DNA from: Carcharhinus longimanus
Taxonomy: Eukaryota
Length of the DNA stretch: 64,000 nucleotides
Assembly (NCBI GenBank): GCA_030264375.1
Contig: JASCQW010000098.1
Coordinates: 34,596,301 to 34,660,300 of the forward strand
Direction of reading: 5' to 3'
The notes beneath the pieces are model-generated. The model made no database searches. It was not told the DNA's origin and was given only the letters and a program-made list of their open reading frames with translations. The translations under genes were made by a program, and so were the position numbers. Of the stretch, positions 25,262 to 38,195 are shown piece after piece (positions within the stretch are counted from its first letter, which is position 1; the number at the start of each line of letters is the position of its first letter).

Positions 25262-25600
25262 CATAGAATCCTACAGTGCAGAAAGAGGCCCTTCGGTCCA
25301 TCGAGTCTGCACCGAACACAATCCCACCCAGGCCCTACCCCCCCATATCCCTCCCTATATGTTATACCCACTAATCCCTCTAACCTACACATCCCTGGAC
25401 ATTAAGGGGCAATTTCTTAGCATGGCCAATCAACCTAACCCACACATCTTTGGACTGTGGGAGGAAAGTGGAGTACCGAAGAGGAAACCCGCACAGGCAC
25501 AAGGAGAATGTGCAAACTCCACACAGACAGTGATCCAAGCTGGGAATCGAACGCAGGACCCTGGAGCTGTGAAGCAGCAGTGCTAACCGCTGTGCTACCG
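25262..25600 (-). mobile_element. HE1-like V-SINE, full length
   Basis: catagaatcctacagtgcagaa tail through gcagtgctaaccgctgtgctaccgtg head. Confidence 0.9.
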
Positions 25601-25609
25601 TGACGTCCG

Positions 25610-25705
25610 AGTCGATGAAAAGATCAGCCATGATCTCACTGAATGGCGGAGGAGGTTCGAGGGGCCAGTTGGCCCACTCCAGCTCCTACATCTTATGCTC
25701 TTATG
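25610..25705 (+). mobile_element. CR1 3' tail fragment
   Basis: agatcagccatgatc...cttatgctcttatg. Confidence 0.8.
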
Positions 25706-26804
25706 TGCCGCCTTCTCAAATGCAGTTAAAGATAGGCATGTATGCTGGCCTGGCCAATGACGTTCACATCATTAATAAAAAAAACCTTGCATTTTCTACA
25801 CTGCAACAGTGATTACATTTCAAAAAGACTTCATAGCTGTCAAGCACTTTGGTTGTGAGAGCTGCTGGATCATTGCAAACTCTCCAACTTGTTCTTTGCA
25901 GCAGGGTATAATTGCCCCTGTTTCGTTTTGTCATTATTTTTGAGCTGGAGATTCTACTTCTGCAAGCACTGCATCTAGCAATCAGCCCTTAACTGCTGAA
26001 AGAACTCGAGTAACGGCCCTGGATTAAATATGAATGCAAGTCATTTGAAAGGGATGCACCCAGGGTGACCGAGGATGAACAAAAGTTCGCTGAATTTTAA
26101 AAGGTCAGCTGTGTACTCCCCGTTCATCAGAATCCGTTGCACAAAGGAAGAAGTGAAAGGTGTTGAAGAGGCTAACAATATGAATTCAAATTACAGTGCT
26201 ATTTTGATTCTGACATTCTGATTGGAAAGAAATTGATGAAATATCACTTGAAAGATACAGTTAACAAGCCAAAAAAATGTTCAGTCGAGCTGGAATCTGA
26301 ATGTTGCATTAGTGATTTTTGTGGGAGACGGGTTCCAGGAGCTTGGAATGACACAAAATGCAATTTGATAAATAATTCAAAGTCACAAGGCAAAGAAAAC
26401 CTATAGAAATGACTATTTTTTCAGGTTTCATAGCTGGTAGGTGAAGATAAAATTAATAAGGGCTCACTTTTACAGAATGCTTTATTGGACTCGGAATTTG
26501 CTGGCAAAATAATGATAAATTTAGTGGCACATTGCTGTAACTGGTGTGTGAAAAATCTGACAACTTTGGCAAGGAAGAGATGTGTCTTGAGTTGCAACTT
26601 GTCACAAGTCACTGGACAAATTGCCATGCTCCTTTGTTCGCCTTGCTAGAACTGGAGTTCATCATAATCCTCTGTGTAATTGCTGAGAAATTGCTGCATT
26701 TGTACTCTAAAACTCACTTAGAAAGTTACGGCTGGTAAAACCACAAGGACCACGTAAAACAGGGATTTATTTATTTTTAATGGCCTTTCACTTTGAAAGT
26801 TGTT

Positions 26805-27250
26805 GATTTTGATTTGATTCATTATTGTCACATGTATTGAGATACACTGAGATGTATTGTTTATTGCACGCTAGACAAACAAAGCATACTGTTCATAGAG
26901 AAAGAAAGGTGCAGAACATAAGAACATAAGAAATAGGAGCAGGAGTAGGCCATCTAGCCCTTCGAGCCTGCCCCGCCATTCAATANNNNNNNNNNNNNNN
27001 NNNNNNNNNNNNNNNNNNNNNNNNNNNNNNNNNNNNNNNNNNNNNNNNNNNNNNNNNNNNNNNNNNNNNNNNNNNNNNNNNNNNNCACATCTTTGACTGT
27101 GGGAGGAAACCACAGCACCCAGAGGAAACCCACGCAGACATGAGGAGAATGTGCAAACTCCACACAGAAAGTGACCTGAGCCTGGAATTGAACCCAGGAT
27201 GCTGGGAGCTGCGAAGCAGTAGTGCTAACCACTGTGCTACCGTGCCGCCC
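26805..27250 (-). mobile_element. Cluster: Rex1-like tail (26805-26912), CR1 tail (26913-26985), gap, HE1 SINE (27086-27250)
   Basis: Matches to 31843-31980, 5350-5412 and other HE1 copies respectively. Confidence 0.8.
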
Positions 27251-29739
27251 AAGATTTGCTGCACATTCACCTCATTACAGCAGAGTTGCTTCTACTCCAA
27301 AAAATAATTTATTGCCTGAACAGCACATTTGGATTTGTGCAAAGAAGCTGCACAAATCGAAGCTTATTTACTTTTTTTTTCTTCTTGCATTGCCTGTAAA
27401 GTGCTGTGAACTGCATATTAAGCAGGATTAATGCAAACCTTTTTGTTTCATCTTTTATTCAGTAACAACTGTATAGGCATATTTCTACTCATGAAATTAT
27501 GGTGACTGAGACATCCTTCTATGTGAATCTATTTCTGGGAGAGTCAGAATCAGTAGCAGGAAACAATTTTTTCAAATCGATAACCCTACTTAAAAGACCT
27601 GAAGGCAGGACACCCTTGTAATATATACAAATGTTCTGAGTATGCACAATGCAGAATGACTTCATTATACATGGGGACTGGCTATCTTGATATCTATTTT
27701 TCTTTGCAAGTTCCTCCCAATGTGTAACAGGTTTTGGAGATGAAATTGAATCAAATACAAAAATATTGGCAGCAGACAGCGATAGGGACCGTGATCAACA
27801 AGATCAGCTGGCTCATGGTCACCTTCCTGCTAGGATGGAAGAAATTTCAATTGGATTGTACGGAGCCTCACTGTTCCTTACATCATGTGACCACTTTCAG
27901 TTAAATGGGCAGCTGCTGGGTCCTAAGGTCCATCTTATTCAGTTGCTAACCAGACTGGCTTCAGGCCAGTTTATTCTGATGAGACTGACTTAAAATCTAT
28001 ACCCCTGTTATAGACAACCACAGTGAAGGTTTACAGTGTAAAAGGTTCAGGCTTTCGTCCTGGGGTTGGGAGTGTAGAGTCGGGAGATTTCCCAGCTCTG
28101 TGGATATTATCTTTTAAAATAAATGTCCGTCCAAAGTCAAGTTTTCAGTTGGTGGAGACAGGCTGAAATAGATGATGACCACGGAATGAGTGTGAATGCT
28201 GATGGGTGTGAGGGCAGGCTTGGCATAAGACCTGTCCCTGTTCTTCAGCTCTGTGTTTAAATACAAAACAATACATCAAAGAAACTTCCAGCCTTTGTTC
28301 CCCTCATATAATCCCAATGTCTCATATATGCCAACCCATGCCCCTCTATCTAACCCCATGGATGGCTTCTCACATTCCAATGGCAAACCATGTCCATCTA
28401 TCATCCTCCATGGTCCCTCATCCCCTGTGCCAACTTAATGCCAACTCATGTCAACCCATGCCTCTCATCTACCACTCTTTGTCCTTATCCCTTCTATGCC
28501 AACTCAATGCCTTGGATAATTCATTGACAGCATTGGCATTTCCTGGCCATGGTTGACAATTTTGACACTGAAGACAGATCTGATAGCTCTGACACTTTGG
28601 CCCTGATTTTACTGGCTTACCTGCCCTGAAATTGGGGCGGGTGAGGCTTGTAGAATGGCATTCTCCATTGGCCTTGGGAGTGACCTTATGAGCCTCGGTG
28701 GGCATGTTGATAAAATTCTGATCTTTGTCTTTTGATGGTTGGAAAGTGTTTTTTTTAACGGCCGAACCATTCCTTTACAGCTGTACATATCTTTGACAGT
28801 TTGACAGTTCCAACTAGTTCATGTTAAAAATATGCATAATTAGGTTTAATTTTAACAATCCCAAAGAGTACCTTACCTCTCACAAAGGTGTCCCAGGACC
28901 CTACCCTGGAGGGAACATACATCTCTAAATGGTTGTCCAAGGAATCCTATAACTTGAGACATCCTCTTACCTAGTCTACTCTGTGCACTCAGGATTTATA
29001 CAGCTAGAGTTCAAAACTTGCATGGCAGGTGGTGATTTAAACAGCGAGCTGCCTCTGTGAGCCCCGACTCAACTCCCGTCCTTTGAAGATGGGAAATGTC
29101 AGGTTCAAGGCAAGAATTTGAATTCTGGCCATTCCCATGATATTGGGCATAGCAAAGAGCCTGTCTGTCATAACGAAAATCTGGCCCAGTTTTACATTTT
29201 GAAACAGGACATAATGTGAATGCACTGGAGGCTGGGAATATATAGAAGAACTTGAGAATGGTTCAGTTTATATACTGAAAAATAGACATCTTTTTCAGCA
29301 CTAATGGATTTTAGAACTTGATAGTGCAGATGCCTAGGCTCAGAATAAGGCAATTCTTGAGTGTGATCAAACAAGTTAGCTAATAGAAGTGTATGGCATG
29401 TTAACAAAACTTCTTATTCCTAACAAGGCAAAATATGTGCCATTCATCAGCAAGTTTGAGGAACATTTCAACCCTAAGCCATAAGGGATAGCATAAAGTG
29501 ACCAGAAACCACCAAAGTAGTGAAACAATTGGTGAATGCATTGTGACACTGAAGAATTTATCATTACATTGCAACTTTGGCATATTCTTGCATTGTGCAT
29601 AATCAGACATATTTGTGTATGGTTTGGATAATGGAGGAATCCAATCAAAGCTAATAAAGACAGAAAACTAACATGTAAGATTGCTTTGTCCTTGGAGATG
29701 GCATTGAAGAATGCTAAGGAATTTTGTCCGATACAGTTC

Positions 29740-31135
29740 ATACAGTCATAGAGTCAATAGTTTTACAGTACAAAAAGAGGCCCTTCAGCCCATTGTGCCT
29801 GCACTGGCCATCAAGCATTTATCTATTTTAATCCCATTTTCCAGCAATTAGTCGTGACCTTGTATGTTATGGCATTTCAACTGCTCTTCTAAATGCTTCT
29901 TAAATGTTGTGAATGTTCCCACTTCTACCACCCTTTCAGACAGCGAATTCCAGATATCAACCACACTCAGGTGAAAAAGCTTTTCTTCAAATCCCCTCTA
30001 AATCTCCTACATCTTACTTTAAATATCCCTTCGTTATTGACCCAAAGGGTTCCATCCTATCTATCCTATCTATGTCGCTCATAATGTTGTACATCTCAAT
30101 CAGGTCCTGCCTCAGCCTTCTTTGCTCTAAAGGGAAACAACTCCAGTCTAGCCAACCTCTCTTTCACAGCAGATACAGTCCAGCCAAGGCAATACCCTGG
30201 TGCATCTCATCTGTGATGTGCAATCACATCCTTCCTTTAGTGTGGTAAGTAGAACTGCACAAAGTACTCTAGCTGTGACCTAATGAGCAGTTTACACAAT
30301 TCCATCATAACCTCCCTGCTTTTATAATCTATGCTTCAGCTAATAAAGGCAAGAAACCCATTCTTAACCATCTGATCTACCTGTCCTGCTACCTCCAAGG
30401 ATCTATGGACATGCACCCCTTATCCACTCTACTTCCTGGTGTCCAACCATTTATGGTGTATTCCCTTGCCTTGTTAGTTCTTCCAAAATGTGTCACATCA
30501 CATTTTTCAAGGTTAAATTTGTTTTGCCACTGTTCTGCCCATCTGATCAACCTATCTATATCATCCTACAATCTAAACTCCTTTCATACTATTTATCACA
30601 TGATTTTCATGTCATCTGTGAACTTACTGACCATACCTTTTACTTTTATGTCTAGATCATTAATATACACTACAAACAGCAGATCCTTGCTGCACACTAC
30701 TGGACACAGGCTTCCATACGACACAGCCATTGACTATCGTCCTCTTTCTCCTGCCATTAAGCCAATTTTGGATCCAGTTTGCCAAATTGCCCTGGATCCC
30801 ATAGGATTTTACCTTCTTGACCAGTCTCTCACGTCAGATAATCAAAAGCCTTCCTGAAGTCCATGTGGACTACATCAGCTACGCTGTCCTCATCTGCAAA
30901 CCTTCTCAAAAAATTCAAATTTGTTAGACATGATCTCCCTATGACAAAGTCACACTGACTATCCCTGATTAGCCCCTGCTTCTCCAAGTGAGATTAATTC
31001 TGTCCCTTAGAATATTTTCCAATAATTTTCCTATCACTGATGTTAAACATATTGGCTTATAATTACCTGGCTTGTCACTACTTCCCTTCCTAAGTAATGC
31101 TACCACATAAGCTGTCTCCAGTCTTCTGTCATCTC
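29740..31135 (-). mobile_element. Old CR1 LINE, RT to 3' end
   Basis: KGSSDKPGNYKPICLTSVIGKLLENILRDRI at 30969-31110; tail gactctatgactgtatg. Confidence 0.9.
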
Positions 31136-31142
31136 TTTTGTA

Positions 31143-31325
31143 ATGATGTGGAGATGCTGGCATTGGACTGGGATAAAGACAATAAGAAGTGTCACAACAC
31201 CAGGTTAAAGTCCAACAGGTTTATTTGGCAGCACTAGCTTTCGGAGCGCTGCTCCTTCATCAGGTAAGTGGGAGTTCTGTTCATAAATAGGGCATACAAA
31301 GACACAAACTCAATTTACAAAATAG
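31143..31325 (-). mobile_element. Penelope pLTR fragment with 3' tail
   Basis: Homologous to 44960-45120. Confidence 0.85.
31232..31266 (-). ncRNA. Minimal type I hammerhead ribozyme motif in a Penelope pLTR
   Basis: UAC-CUGAUGA-A-GGAGC-AGC-GCUCC-GAAAGCUA-GUG: intact core, stem II, palindromic AGCU at stem III. Confidence 0.75.
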
Positions 31326-31842
31326 TTGCACCTTTGTAGAAACTTGTAAATTTTTGTAAACTTGTTTATTCTGTAAACTAGTTGATTCCACCCTTCACCT
31401 TGAGGGGAACATGTTGGCCCTGTACTGTACATATTGATTAATACAGCTTCTGTCCACAGTCAGATGGCTTCCAACAAGTCTAAGTTGGTGAGGCCTGGTT
31501 GGTAGAGTGCTTGAGATGGTGAGTTTGTGACTTTTTATTGATGTAATATCAACCACATGGTACTGGCATATCAGTGCAGGAATTTGCCAAGTTGCCAAAA
31601 GGTAACAATCAAAGTGGGAAAAAAAAACTTCTTCCAGTGGTATGCAAAACAGCAATATCACAAAGGTGATGTTCAGAGTGCTTAAATTAAGGGGAGTCAA
31701 GGTACAGCTCCAGGACAGAGACTCCTGTACAAAGGTGTTGGAGAATCAAGGTATGTCAATATGCACATCAATATGACAATGGATTATGTCTCTACTCATA
31801 AGTGAACATATCTCAGACAGGAAGTCCATTCTTGCCCTTAAT

Positions 31843-32295
31843 AATTTGCTTTGCTTTGATTTGATTTATTATTGTCACATGTTAGTATACAGTGAAAAGT
31901 ATGTTTTCTTGCATGCTATGCAGACAAAGCAGTCATAGACAAGGAAAGGTGATGGTGCAGAATGTAGTGTTACAGTCACAGCTAGGGTGTAGAGAAAGAT
32001 CAACTTATTGTGAGGTAGGACAATTCAAAAGTCTGATGGTAGTCGGGAAGAAGCTGTTCTTGAGTCAGTTGGTATGTGACCTCAGACTTTTGTATCATTT
32101 TCCAAATGGAAGATGGTGGAAGAAAGAATATCTGGGGTATGTGGGATCATTAATTATGCTGGCTGCTTTTCTGAGGCATTGGGAAGTGTAGACAGAATCA
32201 ATGGATGGGAGGCTGGTTTGTGTGCTGGACTGGGCTACATCCATGACATTTCGTAGTTTCTTGCAATCTTGTGCAGAGCAGGAGCCATATTGCAT
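31843..32295 (-). mobile_element. Rex1/Babar-type LINE 3' end
   Basis: YGSCSAQDCKKL...LPSIDSVYTSQCLRKAASIINDP; tail aataaatcaaatcaaagcaaagcaaa. Confidence 0.85.
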
Positions 32296-32814
32296 AATAA
32301 GTTTGAGGTCTTATCCTACCCAATCTCAATTTTCAGGCTGGCAAATGTTGGATATCTCAGGATGGGAAACAGAAAAAGGTAAGAAGCTCAATCTTGGGCA
32401 GGAAGGTAGGGTGGGGGGAAAGGGCACCTCCATCGGAAGCCTCTATCTGACTCAGGGAACCTCCTCACATGGACTGGATACCTCCAGATCACCCCCTTCT
32501 CTGCCTGGCATATCCCCTGATAACCCACTTGACCCCCTTGTGACCCCGAAGGGCACTCTCTTTCTTCTCCTTACCTGCCACTTACTTTCACACTGAGTCC
32601 TGACGCTTACCTCCAGGCATCGCATGGCAGTGCCTCTTCTGGTCAATTCAGCACTGTGTCTGGAGAGGCTGACAGCTCTCCAAGGTNNNNNNNNNNCTCC
32701 AAGGTGGGTACTTCCGGCAAGGGTAGCGCAGGTCCCACTTGCTGCCAATCAATTGAGTGTAAAATCATAATACGCCAGTTAGATTTCGCATCTGAAAAAA
32801 TCAAGCTCTGAAGT

Positions 32815-35345
32815 TGCAGCGGTGATTAGTCATGTCATAGATGATGATAGAGAAAAACAGTTATATTTGCATTATGCATTCTTCTCAAGAGTGAAAGCAA
32901 ATATACAAATGCAGAGAGAGAAGGTGCTTGACATCATTTTCAGAATCAAAAATGTTTCATCAGTCTTCATTAAATGGAAACTTTATGTTTCTGACAGATC
33001 AGAAACTTCTAGTAGTGATTTTGTAATNNNNNNNNNNNNNNNNNNNNNNNNNNNNNNNNNNNNNNNNNNNNNNNNNNNNNNNNNNNNNNNNNNNNNNNNN
33101 NNNNNNNNNNNNNNNNNNNNNNNNNNNATTTTGTAAGTCAATCCCGACAAGGGAAGTATCAAGGATACAGTGGTGGGCTGTACTCCTCTCAATAGTATTG
33201 AATATTGTACTTCGAAAGAGACTGATACCATTGATACTGTCAAATTTGCTACATGAGGACTCAGAAGTAGGCTGTGAAGAAACAATCTTAACAATAGGGT
33301 AGCAGATGATGAATTTTCAATCACAGCAATTGAAATTGTAGCTGGAACTCAAAAAGATTCTATTTCAAAGAGTCTGCAGGTGGAAATTGAATGGTTGGAG
33401 AGATTTTCACGTGAACGGATGAGGAGCTGAAATCCTTCCACAATCATGATAATAAGTTATCACCTGTACAGGGTTCATGAAGTGGTAGTTCCCAGTTCAT
33501 CTGAGTGATAGGATTCAGCCAGAACTCCATACAAACTCACAGAAACTGTCAGTACATAATCCATAGCAAGGGGACTTGTCAGTTGTGAGGAAAGGTCACG
33601 ACCTGACACATACAGCCAAATCTTCCAGGCTCTGGACCATCGGAGGCCAGATATAGAACTGAAAATGAGCCTTGTGGAAGTGCTGATATGCTGACCTATT
33701 ACTCCAAAAGTTTGAACTTTCAATCAATAACTCCTTCACTGCCCTGGGACCTCCAATGTCTCTGAACTTGAGCTGGAGTTGGAAACTTGGGAGAAATTTG
33801 TGGCACTTAGCTGAATAGTGACACTGCAAACCTATTTAAACCTAGTAGATTAAAACCTATACTAACACATAGCAGTTCCACAACTATCTCCACCTCAATC
33901 ACCCGACTAATCCCCAATCCAACTACCCCCAAGCTGGCTACCTCTCCATTGCCAGACTAGTTGTGTGATCTGAAATAACTACCCTTCAACCACCTGAGTA
34001 ATCCCCGATCTAACACAGCTGTCAAGCAACCACACTCAAGACCACTTGACTACTTCCTAACTCACCCCATCTGACCTGAACACTAACATGTAACTGACTG
34101 CCCATTCACCCACCCACCAAACTTACCAACTCACTTCCCACCTCTTACCCACCTCACCATTCACCCACCTACCTACCACCTCAGCCGTTTGCCCACACCA
34201 TCCATTCACCAGCCTACCCACTTACCCACCTATTCATTTGTACACTCACCTACCCACTCGTCTGTTTACTAACATTGAAAGACAGGATTTTTAAACTTAC
34301 CATACAAAGAGGGAGTTCTACTCCACTCAAATGGAGTTTCCCAATTGAACAGCATTTCTTTCACAGCCAGAATCAGAAGATCCCAGAAGAAATGCACAGC
34401 TGTGACGGATTGGGAAAATCGTTGCATGCAGCGTCCATCCGGTCAACATTGCCACTACTCAAAAGATTTGCGTCATTAACTCTGTTTCTCTCTCCACAGA
34501 TTTCATGGAATCACTACAGTGCAGAAGGAGTCCATTTAGCCCATCNNNNNNNNNNNNNNNNNNNNNNNNNNNNNNNNNNNNNNNNNNNNNNNNNNNNNNN
34601 NNNNNNNNNNNNNNNNNNNNNNNNNNNNNNNNNNNNNNNNNNNNNNNNNNNNNNNNNNNNNNNNNNNNNNNNNNNNNNNNNNCATCTTGGAATGCTAAGG
34701 AGCACATTAGCATGGCTAATGCACCTAACCTGCACATCTTTGGAATGTGGGAGGAAATCTAAGCACCTGGAGGGAATCCACGCAGACACGGGGAGAATAT
34801 GGAAACTCCACGCAGTCACCCAAGGGCGGAATTGAACCTGGACCCCGGCACTGTGAGGCAGCAGTGCTAACCATTGTGCCACTGTGCTGCCAACATGGTC
34901 GCACAGTGGTTAACATAAGCTGCTAGAACTGCTGTTTATTTCCAACATTTTTTGTAATGATCTAAACAGTGGTCTAGAATCAATGGTATTGCCTAGCAAA
35001 ATACACCACCCAAACTCTTCTTCAGAGATGGCCATTGTCAGGACGTCCATTTCTAAGAGTTCAAATAAACTTTTTAAAAGGAAGAATTAAAATTTCTTAG
35101 TTCTCATTGACAGTTGCTGGAAGCAGATCAAAGTAAAACACTAACACAGAAAATGTGCAGCAAATGAATTGCAGTCCAGTTTTGCTCGATGCGGATTACC
35201 TTAGGTAACAGTCCTCCTTTTTATTCAGCTCTAGCTGATGGGACAGCATGATATTGTGCAAACCATCACTTCTCCTTAATATCACCAATAGGAGCAGCTG
35301 AAGGACATGTTAGAATAGTTAAAGGAGCACTCAAGAAATAAGTGC
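32815..35345 (+). mobile_element. Highly decayed Gypsy pol (RNase H to integrase), split into 32815-33600 and 34905-35345
   Basis: Frameshifted motifs AVISHV, LTDQKLL, IQWWAVLLS, VVVP, WPLSGRPFLRVQINF, FLVLIDS, GAAEGHVRIVKGALKK. Confidence 0.7.
34503..34892 (-). mobile_element. HE1-like V-SINE with a gap
   Basis: Tail catggaatcactacagtgcag; head gcagtgctaaccattgtgccactgtgctgcc. Confidence 0.9.
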
Positions 35346-35604
35346 TACAATGGATGTTCACGTTTCAGCATGAAACACNNNNNNNNNNNNNNNNNNNNNN
35401 NNNNNNNNNNNNNNNNNNNNNNNNNNNNNNNNNNNNNNNNNNNNNNNNNNNNNNNNNNNNNNNNNNNNNNNNNNNNNNNNNNNNNNNNNNNNNNNNNNNN
35501 NNNNNNNNNNNNNNNNNNNNNNNNNNNNNNNNNNNNNCAATGGATGTTCACGTTTCAGCATGAAACACCACTGACTAATTTCCTTCTGAAGTTTTCTTTT
35601 TATT

Positions 35605-35988
35605 AATTTGTAGGACAGGGTGTCACTGGCTGGGCCAACATTTATTGACCATCCCTAGTTGCTCTTGAACTGAGTGATTTGCTTAGCCATTTCAGAGGAC
35701 ATTTGAGAGTCTACCACATTGCTGATAGTCTGGATTCACAGGGAGAGGCCAGACCAGGTAAGGACAGCAGATTTCCTTCCTTAAAGGACATAAGTGAACC
35801 AGATGGTTTTTTTCCCGACAATTGACAATAGTTTAATCATCTTTAGTAGATTCTTAATTCCAGATTTTTTTTTACTGAATTCAAGTTCCACCAGCTGCCA
35901 TAGCGGAATTTGAATCTGATTCCCTAGGACTTTAGTTGAGTTTCTGGATTAACAGTCCAGTGATTATACCACTAAGTCATCGCCTCCC
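35605..35988 (-). mobile_element. tRNA-derived SINE whose 3' tail resembles that of the old LINE at 48350-50400
   Basis: Head ggaggcgatgacttagtggtataatcactggact; tail tcaagagcaactagggatggtcaataaatgttggcc; related copies at 42260-42500 and 63905-64000. Confidence 0.7.
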
Positions 35989-37575
35989 TAAAGTTGAATG
36001 AAGTTTTTCATTTGGATGATTAGGTGAAACCAAATCAGTTTTTCCTGGAGCCTAAGAAAGGAAGAGAAACTTGAGGCTGGTGAGGAGCTCCGTCATTTTG
36101 GGGCGCTGGAGTTGGAGGTGACAATGGAGGTGGAGCTATAAGTGTTCATTTCAAAATAATGAAGGGAAAACAAGAAGGAGTGTCAAACTGTGGTTCTGTT
36201 CAGATGGTGAAATGCCATCTGGAGTGACTGACATTTTTAATCTGGAATTCAATAAAGCTGTTTCAAATTCTTTGACATATTCAGACATTGCATCAAATGA
36301 CACTCTAAATAAACTGTTTACGTAAATCAAGTTTCTTGTGAAAAAAGGCTACTCTATATGCAAATTTAGACAGGTAATGTGTAATTAAGATGTAGTCTCG
36401 GGACTGTATTTTTTAATCAGTATTTGGAATGAGAGCTGCCAAGTTCAAAAATCAATTGCCTGTGCTTAAATCTGAATGTTTTCATCAATGTAAATTATGA
36501 TATAAATTGCAGTGTTTCAGGAATGAGAGCACACCCTAATCTATTCCAAAGATTTGTCAACAACCTATATGATGCACTACTGTGGAGTTATGATCATGTA
36601 TTTACTACATGTTGTATTGTTAATATAAACCTTTGGATTGTACAATGATACATTTTCAAAAGTAATTATTTGATTGTTAGATGAAAGAGTAGCAAGGGAG
36701 GGGTGGTTGTATTGAAAGGACTGTGAGTACAATTTGGAGAATCAGGAAAGGAGGATGTTTATTCTTTTCTTGCGACTTAATAATACTATGATTTGTTAAT
36801 AAGAAAATATGCTTTAATGATTACAAATGTTGCCTATTTAGCTTGACTTTACTGTTGCCCGATCAGAAGGGTGCAACAGAGAATGCTGGTTGTAACAATA
36901 CAGCTCCTCATGGATTTTCCGACGCTCTGACTCAAACAAATTAGACATAAATAGACCTTCATCTATAAGGTGCTCTGGGTTGAAGTGATTTTTTTTAGTG
37001 CTACCATTAGTTATAGAAATAGGAAAATAGATTAGCTTTAGAATTTCATAGAGATGTCAATATGAAAATGACCATTGAATCCAATCAGCGTGAATTAGTC
37101 TGCATTCCTCATATAGTTCATTGTCAAAAGTCAAAAGGGAGGAGGTTGAAGGACAGATATTACATCGCCTGTACTTGCATAGCAAGGTATCATAGGAAAG
37201 GGAGAGATTGTTTGGGTGAATGTGAATGGACCAGAGTGTCAGGGAGAGAACAGTAAGTTCAGAATATTACAAGGTGAAGATGTGATCACAAGGGGTAGAG
37301 GATGATGCATTGAATAGAGGCACTGGGGACAAGGGGCACCTTATTGCGGTTTTGGGATGGATGGGAAGTTGGGATAGAAAGGGCCTGTAACAACACCAAA
37401 AGCACGTTCAATACTCCAGGATCTGGGAATTTGGGTGGGTTCTTGGGCCCTGCCTTCTCCCAGCTTGATGACATTTGTTGGCAGTTGGAAACAGTGGTAC
37501 TAATTTCATCATTTGTACTGTCTCCATTCTTGCTCCCGCTGCAATCTCAAATCCTGCCCCAATATTGCACTTAAA

Positions 37576-37647
37576 ACATAGAACATAGAACATACAGCGC
37601 GGAACAGGCCCTTCGGCCCACAATGTTGCGCCGGCCAGTCTTGTTTT
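37576..37647 (-). mobile_element. Young CR1 3' tail
   Basis: Apparently identical to the reverse complement of 49888-49960; repeated ttctatg tail. Confidence 0.85.
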
Positions 37648-37747
37648 NNNNNNNNNNNNNNNNNNNNNNNNNNNNNNNNNNNNNNNNNNNNNNNNNNNNN
37701 NNNNNNNNNNNNNNNNNNNNNNNNNNNNNNNNNNNNNNNNNNNNNNN

Positions 37748-38016
37748 ATCGGAGTTGTGGGGGGAAGCTTCTTCATTCGGGGGGGTGGTGGGTCTCTGGA
37801 GTTCTCTGCCTGTTGATGTGGTGGAGGCTACCTCGCTAAATATATTTAGGTCACGGGTGGATGGGTTTTTGACGGACGGGGGAATTGGGGGTTGTGGGGA
37901 GAGGGCGGGAAGGTGGGGCTGATCCACTTCAGATCAGCCATGGTCTTGTTGGGTGGCAGGGCGGGCTCGGGGGGCTGGATGGCCTGCTCCTGCTCCTATT
38001 TCTTATGTTCTTATGT
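37748..38016 (+). mobile_element. CR1 LINE 3' end with dense A>G substitutions
   Basis: Aligns end to end with the reverse complement of 5350-5602; GVVGLWSSLP versus RVVNLWNSLP. Confidence 0.9.
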
Positions 38017-38195
38017 CCTGATCTCAGGTGCCAACAATATTTCCATACTCCTTGATCTCTCATCCCTTCAGCTCTATCTAAGCTGTTCTTAAACATTCAC
38101 ATTGTCACTGATTCAATCAGTAATTTGGGTAGTACATTCCATAACTTGCCTTCTTGCTTTCTTTCCTAAATTTCTAACAATTAATCTTTAATCTA

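Larger units (their letters stand above)
21365..25880 (+). mobile_element. DeuSINE (SacSINE1-like) fragments (21365-21497, 25117-25261, 25785-25880), host of a Gypsy element and others
   Basis: Head ggtcgtgggtttgagtc...cttgagc; continues cctgtctgcctgttcaggtgaatg after the LTR; tail caacagtgattacatttcaaaa. Confidence 0.65.

Noticed and set aside
35348-35568. Identical 31-bp sequence flanking a gap
   Set aside because: Probably contig-end overlap or a collapsed tandem repeat; the interior is not visible.
37576-37647. GC-rich variants in this CR1 tail as editing
   Set aside because: The same sequence occurs at 49888-49960, so these are subfamily characters.
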